Shown: positions 39,640 to 48,900 of the stretch, piece after piece
How positions within the stretch are numbered: the stretch's first letter is position 1
How the letters are laid out: each line of letters starts with the position of its first letter
Origin: Candidatus Thorarchaeota archaeon
GTDB taxonomy: Archaea; Asgardarchaeota; Thorarchaeia; Thorarchaeales; Thorarchaeaceae
Reading direction: 5' to 3'
DNA length: 64,000 nt
Assembly: GCA_030593165.1 (NCBI GenBank)
Contig: JAUVHR010000001.1
Span: 25,025-89,024, forward strand
Translations under genes and position numbers: made by a program
Notes under the pieces: model-generated
Database searches by the model: none
Seen by the model: the letters and a program-made list of their open reading frames with translations, nothing else
What the model was told of the DNA's origin: nothing

Positions 39640-39710
39640 GTCACTACAAGAAGTTGGCAAGTACCTTATCACAGTCACGATAGAGTCACTTGATAGGAAA
39701 TGAAGAAGAA

Positions 39711-39775
39711 AGTGCTGCCCCCGCCGGGACTTGAACCCGGTTTCAAGAATGATATTTTCTTGCGTTGTTTGACAC
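39711..39775 (-). repeat. decayed tRNA-Asp 3' portion (copy 1, no T-loop intron)
   Basis: agtgctgcccccgccgggacttgaacccgg matches the tRNA-Asp 3' end. A degenerate anticodon stem (CAAGA..TCTTG) is still visible. There is no 5' acceptor strand. Confidence 0.7.
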
Positions 39776-39838
39776 TCTTATTAATTTCCAGAGTCTTGCA
39801 TCTCACACATCATCAGATAATTGGTAACGTGATTTTGA

Positions 39839-40696
39839 ATGAAATTCGTTAGAACTGGAAAGTATAGACAAGATGCCCTCGAGCGTTCAGTCGAGATTAA
39901 TTCTCTTGAGGAAGCACGGGCGCGATTGAAGCGAATGAACTACTTACTTGGATTTGTCAGAGAACGAAATCCAGAAGTTCTTCTGGAATACGTAAACAAT
40001 CTCCTAGCCAAATATCAGGGTCTACTGGAGGATGAGCGAATGAAAGCAAATCCATTTGACCTAGACGAACTCGTATCTGAGAGTCCAAATATGACCGAGC
40101 ATTTTGAACTCGCAAGAGTTTTTCTGAACTACTTTCTACAGATACTTCAATTACCAGCTGAAACCAGCCTGGGGAAAAATAAAGTTGTTAACAGGAACTA
40201 CTTTCAATCATTTTCATATCTTAGCTATTACAATTTACTAGCTTTAACTGAAACTCTTGGCCGAACAGATGCAATTGCCCTGTACAAGAAATTCGTTACA
40301 CACTACATAATCGATAGTAGGAATCCAAATAGAGATACTTACGACAATCTCGAAACCCTTTATGCGAAGGCAATAAAACTCAAAGAGGTACCATCTGAGT
40401 GGGTAATTGTTCACGGAATGATTGGGGATGGAAAATATGCTTATCGGAACGATAACTGCCTATTGCTTGATGCTACAGAAGACCTGCCCGATTCTGAGCT
40501 AAAATACTATGTTTGTTGTTATGGAGATTTTGAAAACGCCAAGAATCATCATGACAGTATAATCCTAACAATGGAGCACACACTCGCCCAAGGGGATCCG
40601 TACTGTTCCCGTGTATATCATGACACTCGGGTTGACTGGGACTTACGGCATCCTCCGAAGAGTTTCTGGGACAGTATGAAACCTGATAATGAATAG
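39839..40696 (+). CDS. hypothetical protein (C-terminal Cys/His cluster CCYGDF..HH..H..GDPYC)
   Basis: 285-aa ORF that fills the interval between tRNA fragment copies 1 and 2. Confidence 0.5.
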   Translation: MKFVRTGKYRQDALERSVEINSLEEARARLKRMNYLLGFVRERNPEVLLEYVNNLLAKYQGLLEDERMKANPFDLDELVSESPNMTEHFELARVFLNYFLQILQLPAETSLGKNKVVNRNYFQSFSYLSYYNLLALTETLGRTDAIALYKKFVTHYIIDSRNPNRDTYDNLETLYAKAIKLKEVPSEWVIVHGMIGDGKYAYRNDNCLLLDATEDLPDSELKYYVCCYGDFENAKNHHDSIILTMEHTLAQGDPYCSRVYHDTRVDWDLRHPPKSFWDSMKPDNE

Positions 40697-40725
40697 ATGC
40701 AGAAGCTGAGTCTGGTAAGGAGAAA

Positions 40726-40770
40726 AGTGGCGCCCCCGCCGGGATTTGAACCCGGGATAGTCCAAGTATC
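40726..40770 (-). repeat. tRNA-Asp 3' fragment (copy 2, no T-loop intron)
   Basis: agtggcgcccccgccgggatttgaacccggg is the acceptor 3' strand plus an intact T arm (CCGGG-TTCAAAT-CCCGG) plus CCA and trailer. Confidence 0.8.
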
Positions 40771-40906
40771 AAACTGTTTCAGAAGAAATCTTTCAACACC
40801 TGAAAAAGCGTGAATCATCATCTTAGGTTAGTAATCTCGGTGCACGATTGCGTTAAAATGAAGATTATTAATCCACGGAAGTGTCCGAAATCAAAGGATA
40901 TCAACG

Positions 40907-42061
40907 ATGAGATTTCCGGGTCTTATTATTCTTACATTAATTGTAGTCATGCCTATTTCGAGCCCTATTACTGTTTCATCTATGAAAGCTGAGATGGCGA
41001 ACCCATACTTGTTGGCACAGACAGAAAACCCATCAGCCAGATTCCTACCAGGTATGGTCTATGACCCTGTAAATGAACACGTTATGTTGTTTGGAGGAGG
41101 ATATGGTGCTGCTTCGCTTGACGATACTTGGGTTCTTGATTATGAAACCAGCACTTGGACCGAGCTAGTACTATCAACCTCTCCAAACCCGCGACACTCA
41201 CATGGCATGGTCTTTGATTCGAATAATGAGGTAATCATCCTTTTCGGTGGTTACAATGGAGCATCCCCAGCTAGAGACACATGGGTCTTCAATTGCACAT
41301 CAGAAATATGGACTGAGGTGACACCTGAGATATCCCCTCCCGAAAGAATGTCTCACGCTATGGTATATGATTCAGTAAATGGAAAAGTCATTCTCTTCTC
41401 CGGATATGGTCTAGATGGTCCTGAGGTTGACGATACCTGGACCTACGATTACACAACAAATACTTGGGAGGAGATGAATCCTACAGTATCCCCCCACGCA
41501 AGATATGGGGCAGCTTGTGTCTATGATGACGTAGATGAAACTATGATCATCTTTGGAGGCAATTCTAATGGGTACTTCTCAGATACATGGAGTTACGATT
41601 ACTCAACTGACACATGGACCGAGCTATCTCCCATGACTCATCCGATACCGCTCAAATGGTCTTCTATGACATATGACTCAGTGAATCAGAAATCTATCCT
41701 CTTTGGGGGTGACATAAACTCTCCTATCGTATCCAATAAGACATGGATTTTTGATTCTGCAGTCAATGAATGGGAGGAAAGTGAAACTACAATTGCTCCA
41801 TCAAGCAGAGAGGCATGTGGATTTACTTTCGATTCTAGAAATGAAAAGGCCATTCTCTTTGGGGGAACAAAGGGAACTGGTCAACCCGGAGACCCTTTCA
41901 ATGAAACGTGGGCTTATGATTATACAACGGACTCTTGGACTAAAATAGAGCATGAAATAGGTGATATTCCTCTACCATTAGATTCACTTTTGATTCTCGG
42001 TACAATAACTTTGGGAGCCGTTGCACTCGTTATTGTATATGCTTATTTCAGGAAGAGATAG
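40907..42061 (+). CDS. secreted/membrane-anchored Kelch-repeat beta-propeller protein
   Basis: Signal-peptide-like N-terminus, about 6 repeats of ...FGG...DTW.YD...W.E..., and a C-terminal TM segment. Confidence 0.7.
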   Translation: MRFPGLIILTLIVVMPISSPITVSSMKAEMANPYLLAQTENPSARFLPGMVYDPVNEHVMLFGGGYGAASLDDTWVLDYETSTWTELVLSTSPNPRHSHGMVFDSNNEVIILFGGYNGASPARDTWVFNCTSEIWTEVTPEISPPERMSHAMVYDSVNGKVILFSGYGLDGPEVDDTWTYDYTTNTWEEMNPTVSPHARYGAACVYDDVDETMIIFGGNSNGYFSDTWSYDYSTDTWTELSPMTHPIPLKWSSMTYDSVNQKSILFGGDINSPIVSNKTWIFDSAVNEWEESETTIAPSSREACGFTFDSRNEKAILFGGTKGTGQPGDPFNETWAYDYTTDSWTKIEHEIGDIPLPLDSLLILGTITLGAVALVIVYAYFRKR

Positions 42062-42106
42062 TCTATCAGATATTCCAACACATATGTTCATCGACTTGAT
42101 AGAAAG

Positions 42107-42224
42107 AGTGGCGCCTCCGCCGGGATGTTCCAAAATCACCGAAGTGGTGATTCTTCTTGAACCCGGTTCTCAAGAGATCCGTTCCAAGGTGTCAACCACA
42201 ATGGATTGACAGTCTTGAATGCTA
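42107..42224 (-). repeat. tRNA-Asp 3' two-thirds (copy 3) carrying a canonical 37/38 intron and the T-loop intron
   Basis: Aligns with 45662-45749, apart from a 30-nt insert exactly between the anticodon-loop A37 and C38. The acceptor 3' strand is CGGAGGC. No matching 5' acceptor strand was found. Confidence 0.75.
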
Positions 42225-42330
42225 GACTCTCATCATAGACTATTTACCTCTTAGAATTCAAAACAGACGCGCTAGTGGGAGAGAATCGAACAAGCACTAT
42301 GACATATCCTGTCACAATCTATAACGAAGC

Positions 42331-43083
42331 CTACCTAGACCAATTAGAATTATCAACAGCTTCATATCCACACTTCAGACATTTAGCTCTGAACTTCCCC
42401 AACTCTGCTTTTCGTATAGCCACTTCTCCAGGGTATGGAAGATTAAGCTTTGCCCATCTGGTATTCAGACATTTTCCCCTACACCAAATTTGCACCAAGT
42501 ATTCTATTGGAGTAGATGCGGCATATGCTGGCAATGACGGTAAATCAGGCCCAGATCGTACTGAAACATGTTCCATCATTCTCTCATGGTACTCAGAATC
42601 TTCTTCTTCAGCATCATATATTACATGAACAGGGTTGAAATACTCAGTCCAACTGAAGTCCACATTATCTGTCCAAGAAACAAGGAAAATTTTCTTCACT
42701 CCTCGATGCATCAGGTCCTGTATACACTCACCTCCTGCATCGAATTTCAAGGAGTCTATTGGGTAGACTATTGCGATATCAATACTACGCGGAGATGATT
42801 GCCAAGTGGTCCGTTTTATTGTGTCTGGAAAGAGAGTGAATCCCCTTTGAACACTAATCGGTTTACCAATCTTCGGATCCCTGTCTAGCCCCAATGTTTC
42901 CCCCAATATCTTCAGGTTATTTGTCCGAAAGAGAATTGTAGCTGGAGCTGGATACTTTGAAAGAACGAGTTCAAGGACAAGAGGATGCTTCATCTTTTGG
43001 TGTGTACCTGTTAGAAGCAGAGTCTGATTGGTTCCCTTGAGGAAAGAAGATATTTTTTGGATGGCTTGCAATTTAGTATTCAT
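42331..43083 (-). CDS. hypothetical protein with C-terminal Zn-ribbon
   Basis: 250-aa ORF with CRGKC...CLKCG. Confidence 0.45.
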   Translation of the reverse strand: MNTKLQAIQKISSFLKGTNQTLLLTGTHQKMKHPLVLELVLSKYPAPATILFRTNNLKILGETLGLDRDPKIGKPISVQRGFTLFPDTIKRTTWQSSPRSIDIAIVYPIDSLKFDAGGECIQDLMHRGVKKIFLVSWTDNVDFSWTEYFNPVHVIYDAEEEDSEYHERMMEHVSVRSGPDLPSLPAYAASTPIEYLVQIWCRGKCLNTRWAKLNLPYPGEVAIRKAELGKFRAKCLKCGYEAVDNSNWSR

Positions 43084-43247
43084 ATCTGTATCATCTTTCT
43101 ATGAGTAGATACCGTAATAAAATCAGACCCTAGTTTCAAGAGTGAAGTATTAGAGTCACCTAATCCTTACTTGCTTCGAGTAGCTGTCCTCAGCTGTACA
43201 AATTCGCTGCATTAGTTTGATTAGTTTTGGCATGATATCTTTGAATT

Positions 43248-43592
43248 TTGAATATTTATTGGGAGTCATACCTTGGAAAGGATATTCATTGGAGCACGTC
43301 AACCCTAGCACTCATTTTGGAAGAACTGATGGTCAAGGAGAAAGCAGCAGAACTCGGTATCTCAATAACTGAGGAAGATAACTACTATTCGATTTTGAAG
43401 AAAGTTAAGGAAAAACTGAAGGAAAAAGGTACAAGGATGAGTCGTGATTTCAAAATAGCTGACGCACATCGTAAAATAAGAAACGATGTGTTTCACGAGG
43501 GGTGGAATGCTACTGAAGAAGAAGCCTACGATATAATAGGACATGTGAGAAATTTGGTAACCTTTTTGAATCTCAAGCCAATTAAGAGATAG
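43248..43592 (+). CDS. small HEPN-like protein (Rx4H motif)
   Basis: AHRKIRNDVFHEGW matches the R-N-x-x-x-H HEPN signature in an all-helical ~110-aa protein. Confidence 0.5.
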   Translation: MNIYWESYLGKDIHWSTSTLALILEELMVKEKAAELGISITEEDNYYSILKKVKEKLKEKGTRMSRDFKIADAHRKIRNDVFHEGWNATEEEAYDIIGHVRNLVTFLNLKPIKR

Positions 43593-43606
43593 ATTACCGG
43601 ATGAAA

Positions 43607-44182
43607 TTATAGTTGAATATCAAAAACAGGAGCATTGGGTTCTTCAATTACGCCATCATGAAATATAATCCATCTACAGTCTCGCATCTCTTTGCCCAAA
43701 ACCAGATAGAATCCATACTTGTAGTGATAGGTTGTTGTCAATTGCACAAGTTTGTTAGAATCATACCTTCTTGTTTTCGGCTTATCAGTAGTCCATTTCT
43801 TTAACTCAAAACAAATGAAGTCAGATTCAGAATTTGCTTCCCTTTTGTGTACTATAATATCGACATATCTTCGTCCTTTTCCGCCAATTTTGAGAAAGTA
43901 CTTCTGATCTTGTTCGTCCCATATTATATTGCCATTTTCATCCAACACTGGATTTCCCTCGTTATCTAGCCTTTTTTTGTAGGAGCTATCATAATGACTG
44001 TCAACAAAGAAATCCTCCCCAATTATGCTTTGAAGATGATGTGCTAAACGAAAAGTAAAGCAAAGTTCATGCATCATTTTATCCTGTTTTCTTTTGAATA
44101 GTTCAGCATCAATTTTATACAGTCTAATGAGAGTGTTTCTTACTAACTCTTTTACCTCTTCTAAAGAAGAATCACGATTCAT
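43607..44182 (-). CDS. PD-(D/E)xK nuclease-fold-like protein
   Basis: RRYVDIIVHKRE ... FICFELKKW gives the D ... E-x-K arrangement. Confidence 0.5.
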   Translation of the reverse strand: MNRDSSLEEVKELVRNTLIRLYKIDAELFKRKQDKMMHELCFTFRLAHHLQSIIGEDFFVDSHYDSSYKKRLDNEGNPVLDENGNIIWDEQDQKYFLKIGGKGRRYVDIIVHKREANSESDFICFELKKWTTDKPKTRRYDSNKLVQLTTTYHYKYGFYLVLGKEMRDCRWIIFHDGVIEEPNAPVFDIQL

Positions 44183-44406
44183 ATCTTACCCTCCATACGT
44201 AACCCTTTCATGAAACGGAATAACATAGTATTAATTTCTGTTGCTTTCCCAAAAGTGACCAATGGTACAAGATAATCACTGAAGTACAAAGTCTTGCGAA
44301 TCTATCACCATAACACCACTCGAATAAGAATATCAGAACAAGAAGGAGTTTATCTGTTCACGAATTTACAGCTTATGTAGCAGCATAACGTTGGAATTGG
44401 ACTAAT

Positions 44407-45594
44407 ATGACTTCAGATGATCTAAAACGTTTCTACATGTTGTATTTCGAAAAGGGGTTTCGAATCAAAAAATTCACCGTTGACGTATCACTTGGTAGCA
44501 AATACAAAACAGTGATAGAGCTGGTCAAGGATGAGATGAGAGAAATCATCAAGTCCGATGAAGAGGACATTGCTCATACCATCCTCAGATTCAATAACAT
44601 CACTAAATCTGATGGAACCGTTGGTCTTGCTAAAATTAGGGATTCAAGAAAATACTATGATACAATCTCAGACTTCGCTGAAAACAGAGAGGACAAAATA
44701 AAGAGAGCTCTTGAAGACCTTAAAGAAGGAAAGTCCCCGTTTCAAGGAGGGTTTTGGCATGACTTTGACAAAGCATTAGTCAAGTTACTGTTTGAGAAAA
44801 CTTCGTCCAACGATTCCGACCTACTATGGTTGAAAGAGAATTACTTTCACCTTCTTGCTTTCTATCTTAATGAAGCCAAAGAGATGATGGGTAATACCAG
44901 AGATCTGCTCTTTGCAAAACACAAGGATATTCGCTCCATATCAGATGCAGCTGATAGGATACTGTCTAAAGCTTTTCTCGTCAAGAAAGAGAAGAAAAAT
45001 CCAGTCGAGCTCTATAAAGCATATCGTCCACATCTACCTGATTCTCTTGAAAGTCACTCAGAACGAGTGTCTATTCAACTAGCCTACCTTGACGATCTCA
45101 GAACAACACTAACCAAGGCTGGCTCTCAAGAAAAGAGTATCAGGATTCTTTACGTCTTGGATGTCTATCGTCGTGTCTATGAAATGACTCTCCCAATCTT
45201 GGACCTGCTACGTATTGCCATTCTCCTTCATAATGAGGAAAAAGAAATTGAATATAGTATGTCAGCTAACGATATTGTCACCATTTTAGCTGAGAATGGG
45301 TATTCTGGATTTGTAGAAGCTTTCAATCCCCAAATCAGACATTGTGAGTCCCATCTCGCAACAAGGATTAGTGAAGGCAAGGGGAAGGTGCTTCTAACAA
45401 AAAGGGAAGGTCTTCGTCGAGTAACGATTCAAGAGTATAGCTATGAGGACATAGTTAGCTACCAAAGTCGGCTGTATGACGTGGTATTTCCCGCTCTTTA
45501 CTATACTTTCGTAAAATTGGATGGATTTCTCAAACTCTTGTTATTAGATTCGTTCGAATATCAACTCCTACTGATATCTAAAATTGCTGCATGA
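44407..45594 (+). CDS. hypothetical helical protein with a second Rx4H motif (IRHCESH)
   Basis: 395-aa ORF. FNPQIRHCESHLATRI resembles Abi/HEPN-type motifs. Weak. Confidence 0.4.
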   Translation: MTSDDLKRFYMLYFEKGFRIKKFTVDVSLGSKYKTVIELVKDEMREIIKSDEEDIAHTILRFNNITKSDGTVGLAKIRDSRKYYDTISDFAENREDKIKRALEDLKEGKSPFQGGFWHDFDKALVKLLFEKTSSNDSDLLWLKENYFHLLAFYLNEAKEMMGNTRDLLFAKHKDIRSISDAADRILSKAFLVKKEKKNPVELYKAYRPHLPDSLESHSERVSIQLAYLDDLRTTLTKAGSQEKSIRILYVLDVYRRVYEMTLPILDLLRIAILLHNEEKEIEYSMSANDIVTILAENGYSGFVEAFNPQIRHCESHLATRISEGKGKVLLTKREGLRRVTIQEYSYEDIVSYQSRLYDVVFPALYYTFVKLDGFLKLLLLDSFEYQLLLISKIAA

Positions 45595-45663
45595 TATTGA
45601 TGCGGTACCACAAAGTTGCCCTTGTGGCTGTCTACTTCAATTTTTGATACAAGAATGAGAAAG

Positions 45664-45801
45664 TGGCGCCCCCGCCGGGACATTCCAAAACCACCGTAGT
45701 GGTGATTCTTCTTGAACCCGGGTCTCAAGAGTGACAGTCTTGAATGCTATTTCGGGCATCATGGGAAATCCATGATGTTGACCGGACTACACTACAGGGG
45801 C
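45664..45801 (-). tRNA. tRNA-Asp(GUC) with two 30-nt introns (D-loop and T-loop)
   Basis: The reverse complement gives acceptor GCCCCTG/CGGGGGC and the D arm GTGT-AGTCCGGTC[intron AACATCATGGATTTCCCATGATGCCCGAAA]TA-GCAT. Anticodon arm is CAAGA-CTGTCAC-TCTTG. T arm is CCGGG-TTCAAG[intron AAGAATCACCACTACGGTGGTTTTGGAATG]T-CCCGG. CCA is encoded. Confidence 0.8.
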
Positions 45802-45824
45802 ACTGGTAGCGGGGTCGAAATGGA

Positions 45825-45837
45825 ATTTTCTATTAAA
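45825..45837 (-). promoter_or_regulatory. TATA-like element of tRNA-Asp (TTTAATAGAAAAT on the tRNA strand)
   Basis: Lies 24-36 nt upstream of the tRNA 5' end. The same 13-mer recurs at 53487-53499, upstream of the 5' fragment. Confidence 0.55.
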
Positions 45838-45974
45838 CCTGTCGGAAGTTACACTCTAGAGGAATGGGATTTTTACAAATTCCTAAATAGATGGGAGGAT
45901 AAAATGTAAGAAAATATGTAAAATTCCTCCATACTAGCCCTCTCCTTACTTAAGAACGGTACAAGATTCCCGTT

Positions 45975-48900
45975 CTATCTCTTGATGAGCTTCTCCATTC
46001 TCATCAGTCTAACACACTCTTCCACTGCGCTGTCCTCATCCTCCTCACTGAGGTTGAACTCCCCCAGAATTGACCTGACCTCACTCTCAAAGTCCTCCGT
46101 ATCTATACGTCCGAATTCCCTAAAGTCATGAAGATGTCCTGTCACTGGCACTTTGTGACTCTGATCCTCTGACTCCAAGACCACATACATGACCCTCCCT
46201 CCTGCTGAGTCCTCTCCTATCGTCGCCAGGAAAAACTCGACCCTTGCTTGGTCCTCTTCGACTCCGTACATCTCGACTGCAACTGCCATCTCCTCTCGTA
46301 TGGCTGCGGTCATCCTCCTATCCGCCCTGACCCCGATTTCCTCTAGGAACACCTTCATGGCCTGTTCTAGAAATTCCTGCACTTCCGAGGTAGTCCACAG
46401 GGCAACGTTCCGTTCAGGGATTTTTCTCTCTCTCGTTTGTTCACTGCTCTTCTCCCTTAGACCCACTGTCACATACTCTGGTGTTATAGCAAAGAACGGA
46501 CTCCACCTGTCCGGGTCTCGTAGATGCGCTCCAGGAAGGTCTGGGTCAAGCCTCCGTCCTGTCAACTCCTCTAGCATCACTCTAAGGTGCCATGACTCCC
46601 GTACCTCTTCAATGCACTCTCTTCGGACCACAATCTTGAACGTATGCGTCACCCACTCTTGCTGTGGACTGGACCAATAGACAAGCTCCTGCGAACTCAG
46701 AAGGGCTCTCACTTGAGTGTCAGTGAACCGAGCCTCCATGAGTCCTATCAGTTCGGGTGTGAGAGTCTGTGTTGAGTCCACATGAACTCTCCAGCATGAC
46801 CCGTGATGTATCCCTGGCTCGTTGCTGACCCTCTCAGGTTCGGCCCAGTCACTCTCGTACCTGAATTGGTACAGGTGTCCCAAGGTCTTAGACCTGTGGT
46901 GGGCCTTCTGTATTGCCTCCATTGAGGTGTGTCTTAGGGGACAGGTCCAAGGGTCATGATACAGCTCCAAGGTCATATCGAACCCCTTGCTCGCATCCAG
47001 AAGCTCGTTTGCAGTGGGCGGGAGCTTCAGGGGTAGACCAACAAAGGGCTTGTGTCTGTTCACCCACGGTCTGAGTAATGCGACATCTTCATCATAGGAG
47101 ATGTCCTTGAACCTGTTCCAGATCAACCGTTTTCCGTTGATGATGACAGGTTCGCACTCGTTGTCAGGTCGCCTGAGAATCTCAAGAAGGTCAACTGTCC
47201 TGTTGATCAAGAGCTCTCCAAGCAACTCGTCAGAGGCTTTCTCTTCAAAGGTGATCTTGTACATTCGCTCTTCCTCATCAAGAGTGATCTTACAAATCGC
47301 AGGAGTGCATTTCTTCAGTCCTTTATTCAGGATAAGCAGGGCTATGTCAACTAGACTCCTCACTTGATGTATGGGAGTCCGCACATCGTCAAAGCCAACG
47401 GGTTGAAGATGAGGGTCTGCGGAGAGTGATATAGTGCGGATGAGGGTCACATCCTCAAACCGTCTGGTGGTGCAATGAACCCGTCCAACTGGAGTCCATC
47501 GTCGGTGCTCTCTGTCCCTTACCCAGAGGACCTGTAGTCCCTGATAATCTGCAATCATCACTGGTACTCTGACCTCATCTCCCTGTAGCTTGGCATACTG
47601 ACTGAGGAGATTCAGATTACTCTCACTCCAATAGGTCCTTGCTGACACCATCTCGTGGAGAAGCCTCAGAGGTGAGAGAGAGGGGTTGACTCCTTTTGGA
47701 CTCAGAAGGGCGGCATTCATGTCATAGATGCCTGGTGTTCGTTGGAAGAGCAACCAGAAACAAGTAGAGCCAGCAGCTCTTGAAGAGGGCAGGGCAATCA
47801 GTTGTCCAAACCTGACATTGGTCAAGGATACTTGCAGATCGAGTGATTTGTTGTGGGCGATGACACGTTGCTGTAGTCGTTTCAGAAGCCTATGTCTATC
47901 AAGCACTGACCTTCCTGTCCTGTGGCTCCTTGGATAGGCCGGTCTGAGTCCTAGACAAACAAGATGCCATGGTTGAACATAGTCCCACAGAGAATGATGT
48001 ACCTCTGTGAACGCTGTATCAGGGATAGACCCCAAGACGGTAAGTATCAGAAGGAAGAGATGATTCCCTGTGACTACCAAGATGTCAGGATGTCTTTTCT
48101 GAATTGTGGTCACATGTTCTCGCTGAGCCAAGGTGAGGTCTCTTGGAACAGTAGAGCGAAGAGGTAGCAGTCGCTCCCACACCTCTACGCTCAGAGGATT
48201 GGTCTCAAGAATCTGTCGGACGAGTCGAAGTCTGTTCATCAGAGTGGGTGTATCCTCTAAGTAAATCTCCTCACTAGTGGAATCAAGTGCTTCAGATAAG
48301 TGATCAAGTAGTTCTATCAAGTGACTCCCATCATCGAGTCTTAGGAACTTGATAGTGTCCCTAAGATATCGTATCTCTCTAAGCGCAATCCTGTAATCGT
48401 CCATTTCGCTGACCGAGAGATAGTACTCTGAGGGAGGAAGCGTGCACCGTTTTGGGGGAGCAACATCAAGCTCCATATGCCTGTACTCTCTCCTTTGATT
48501 GATGGTAGCCATCGGAAGCAAGAGCTTCACTCTTCCATCGACATCCTTCTGAGTTTGGACGTCGACCTGACCATCGTCCTCTTTCTGAGCATACACCTGA
48601 CTGGGTCTGAATGACAACATAGGGGAAGGGTCTTGTGGCATATCATATCCTGAAGTCACATGTTCAATCTTGAGTGAGAGGTTTGAGTCTGGTCCTTTGC
48701 TGTATTCGTTTTGAGAGAGGAGATGTGGGATGAATTCCATGGCACGTTCCAGTTTCTTCTCCATATGCTCACTACTGTATTGTGGTGAGGATGAACCAGT
48801 CCCCCTGTGAAAGACTGCCTTGCTCTTGCGCCCACCGGACCGGAAGTCCTTACCCCATCCTCTCAACGGCTCAATCCCGATCATCATACGTTCGAGAGGT

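Larger units (their letters stand above)
39711..45663. mobile_element. array of three cassettes delimited by tRNA-Asp 3' copies (remnants of serial integrations); looks AT-richer by eye
   Basis: Direct repeats of the tRNA 3' end plus trailer lie at 39711, 40726, 42107 and 45662. The gene content is accessory. No integrase is present. Confidence 0.5.

Noticed and set aside
42107-42224. The idea that the tRNA fragments (also 53440-53467) are halves of a split tRNA, as in Nanoarchaeum or Caldivirga
   Set aside because: An intact tRNA-Asp with the same exons lies between them. I saw no complementary leader sequences that could pair the halves. The 3' copies show progressive decay.
45712-45909. 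65-aa track ORF
   Set aside because: It overlaps tRNA-Asp and its promoter on the opposite strand. Its sequence is explained by the tRNA, so it is spurious.
46700-46950. AHHRSKTLGHLYQF in the giant protein as a possible tyrosine-recombinase HxxR...Y box
   Set aside because: The spacing is far too compressed relative to the box II consensus. No upstream catalytic Arg/Lys context was found. I treat it as chance.
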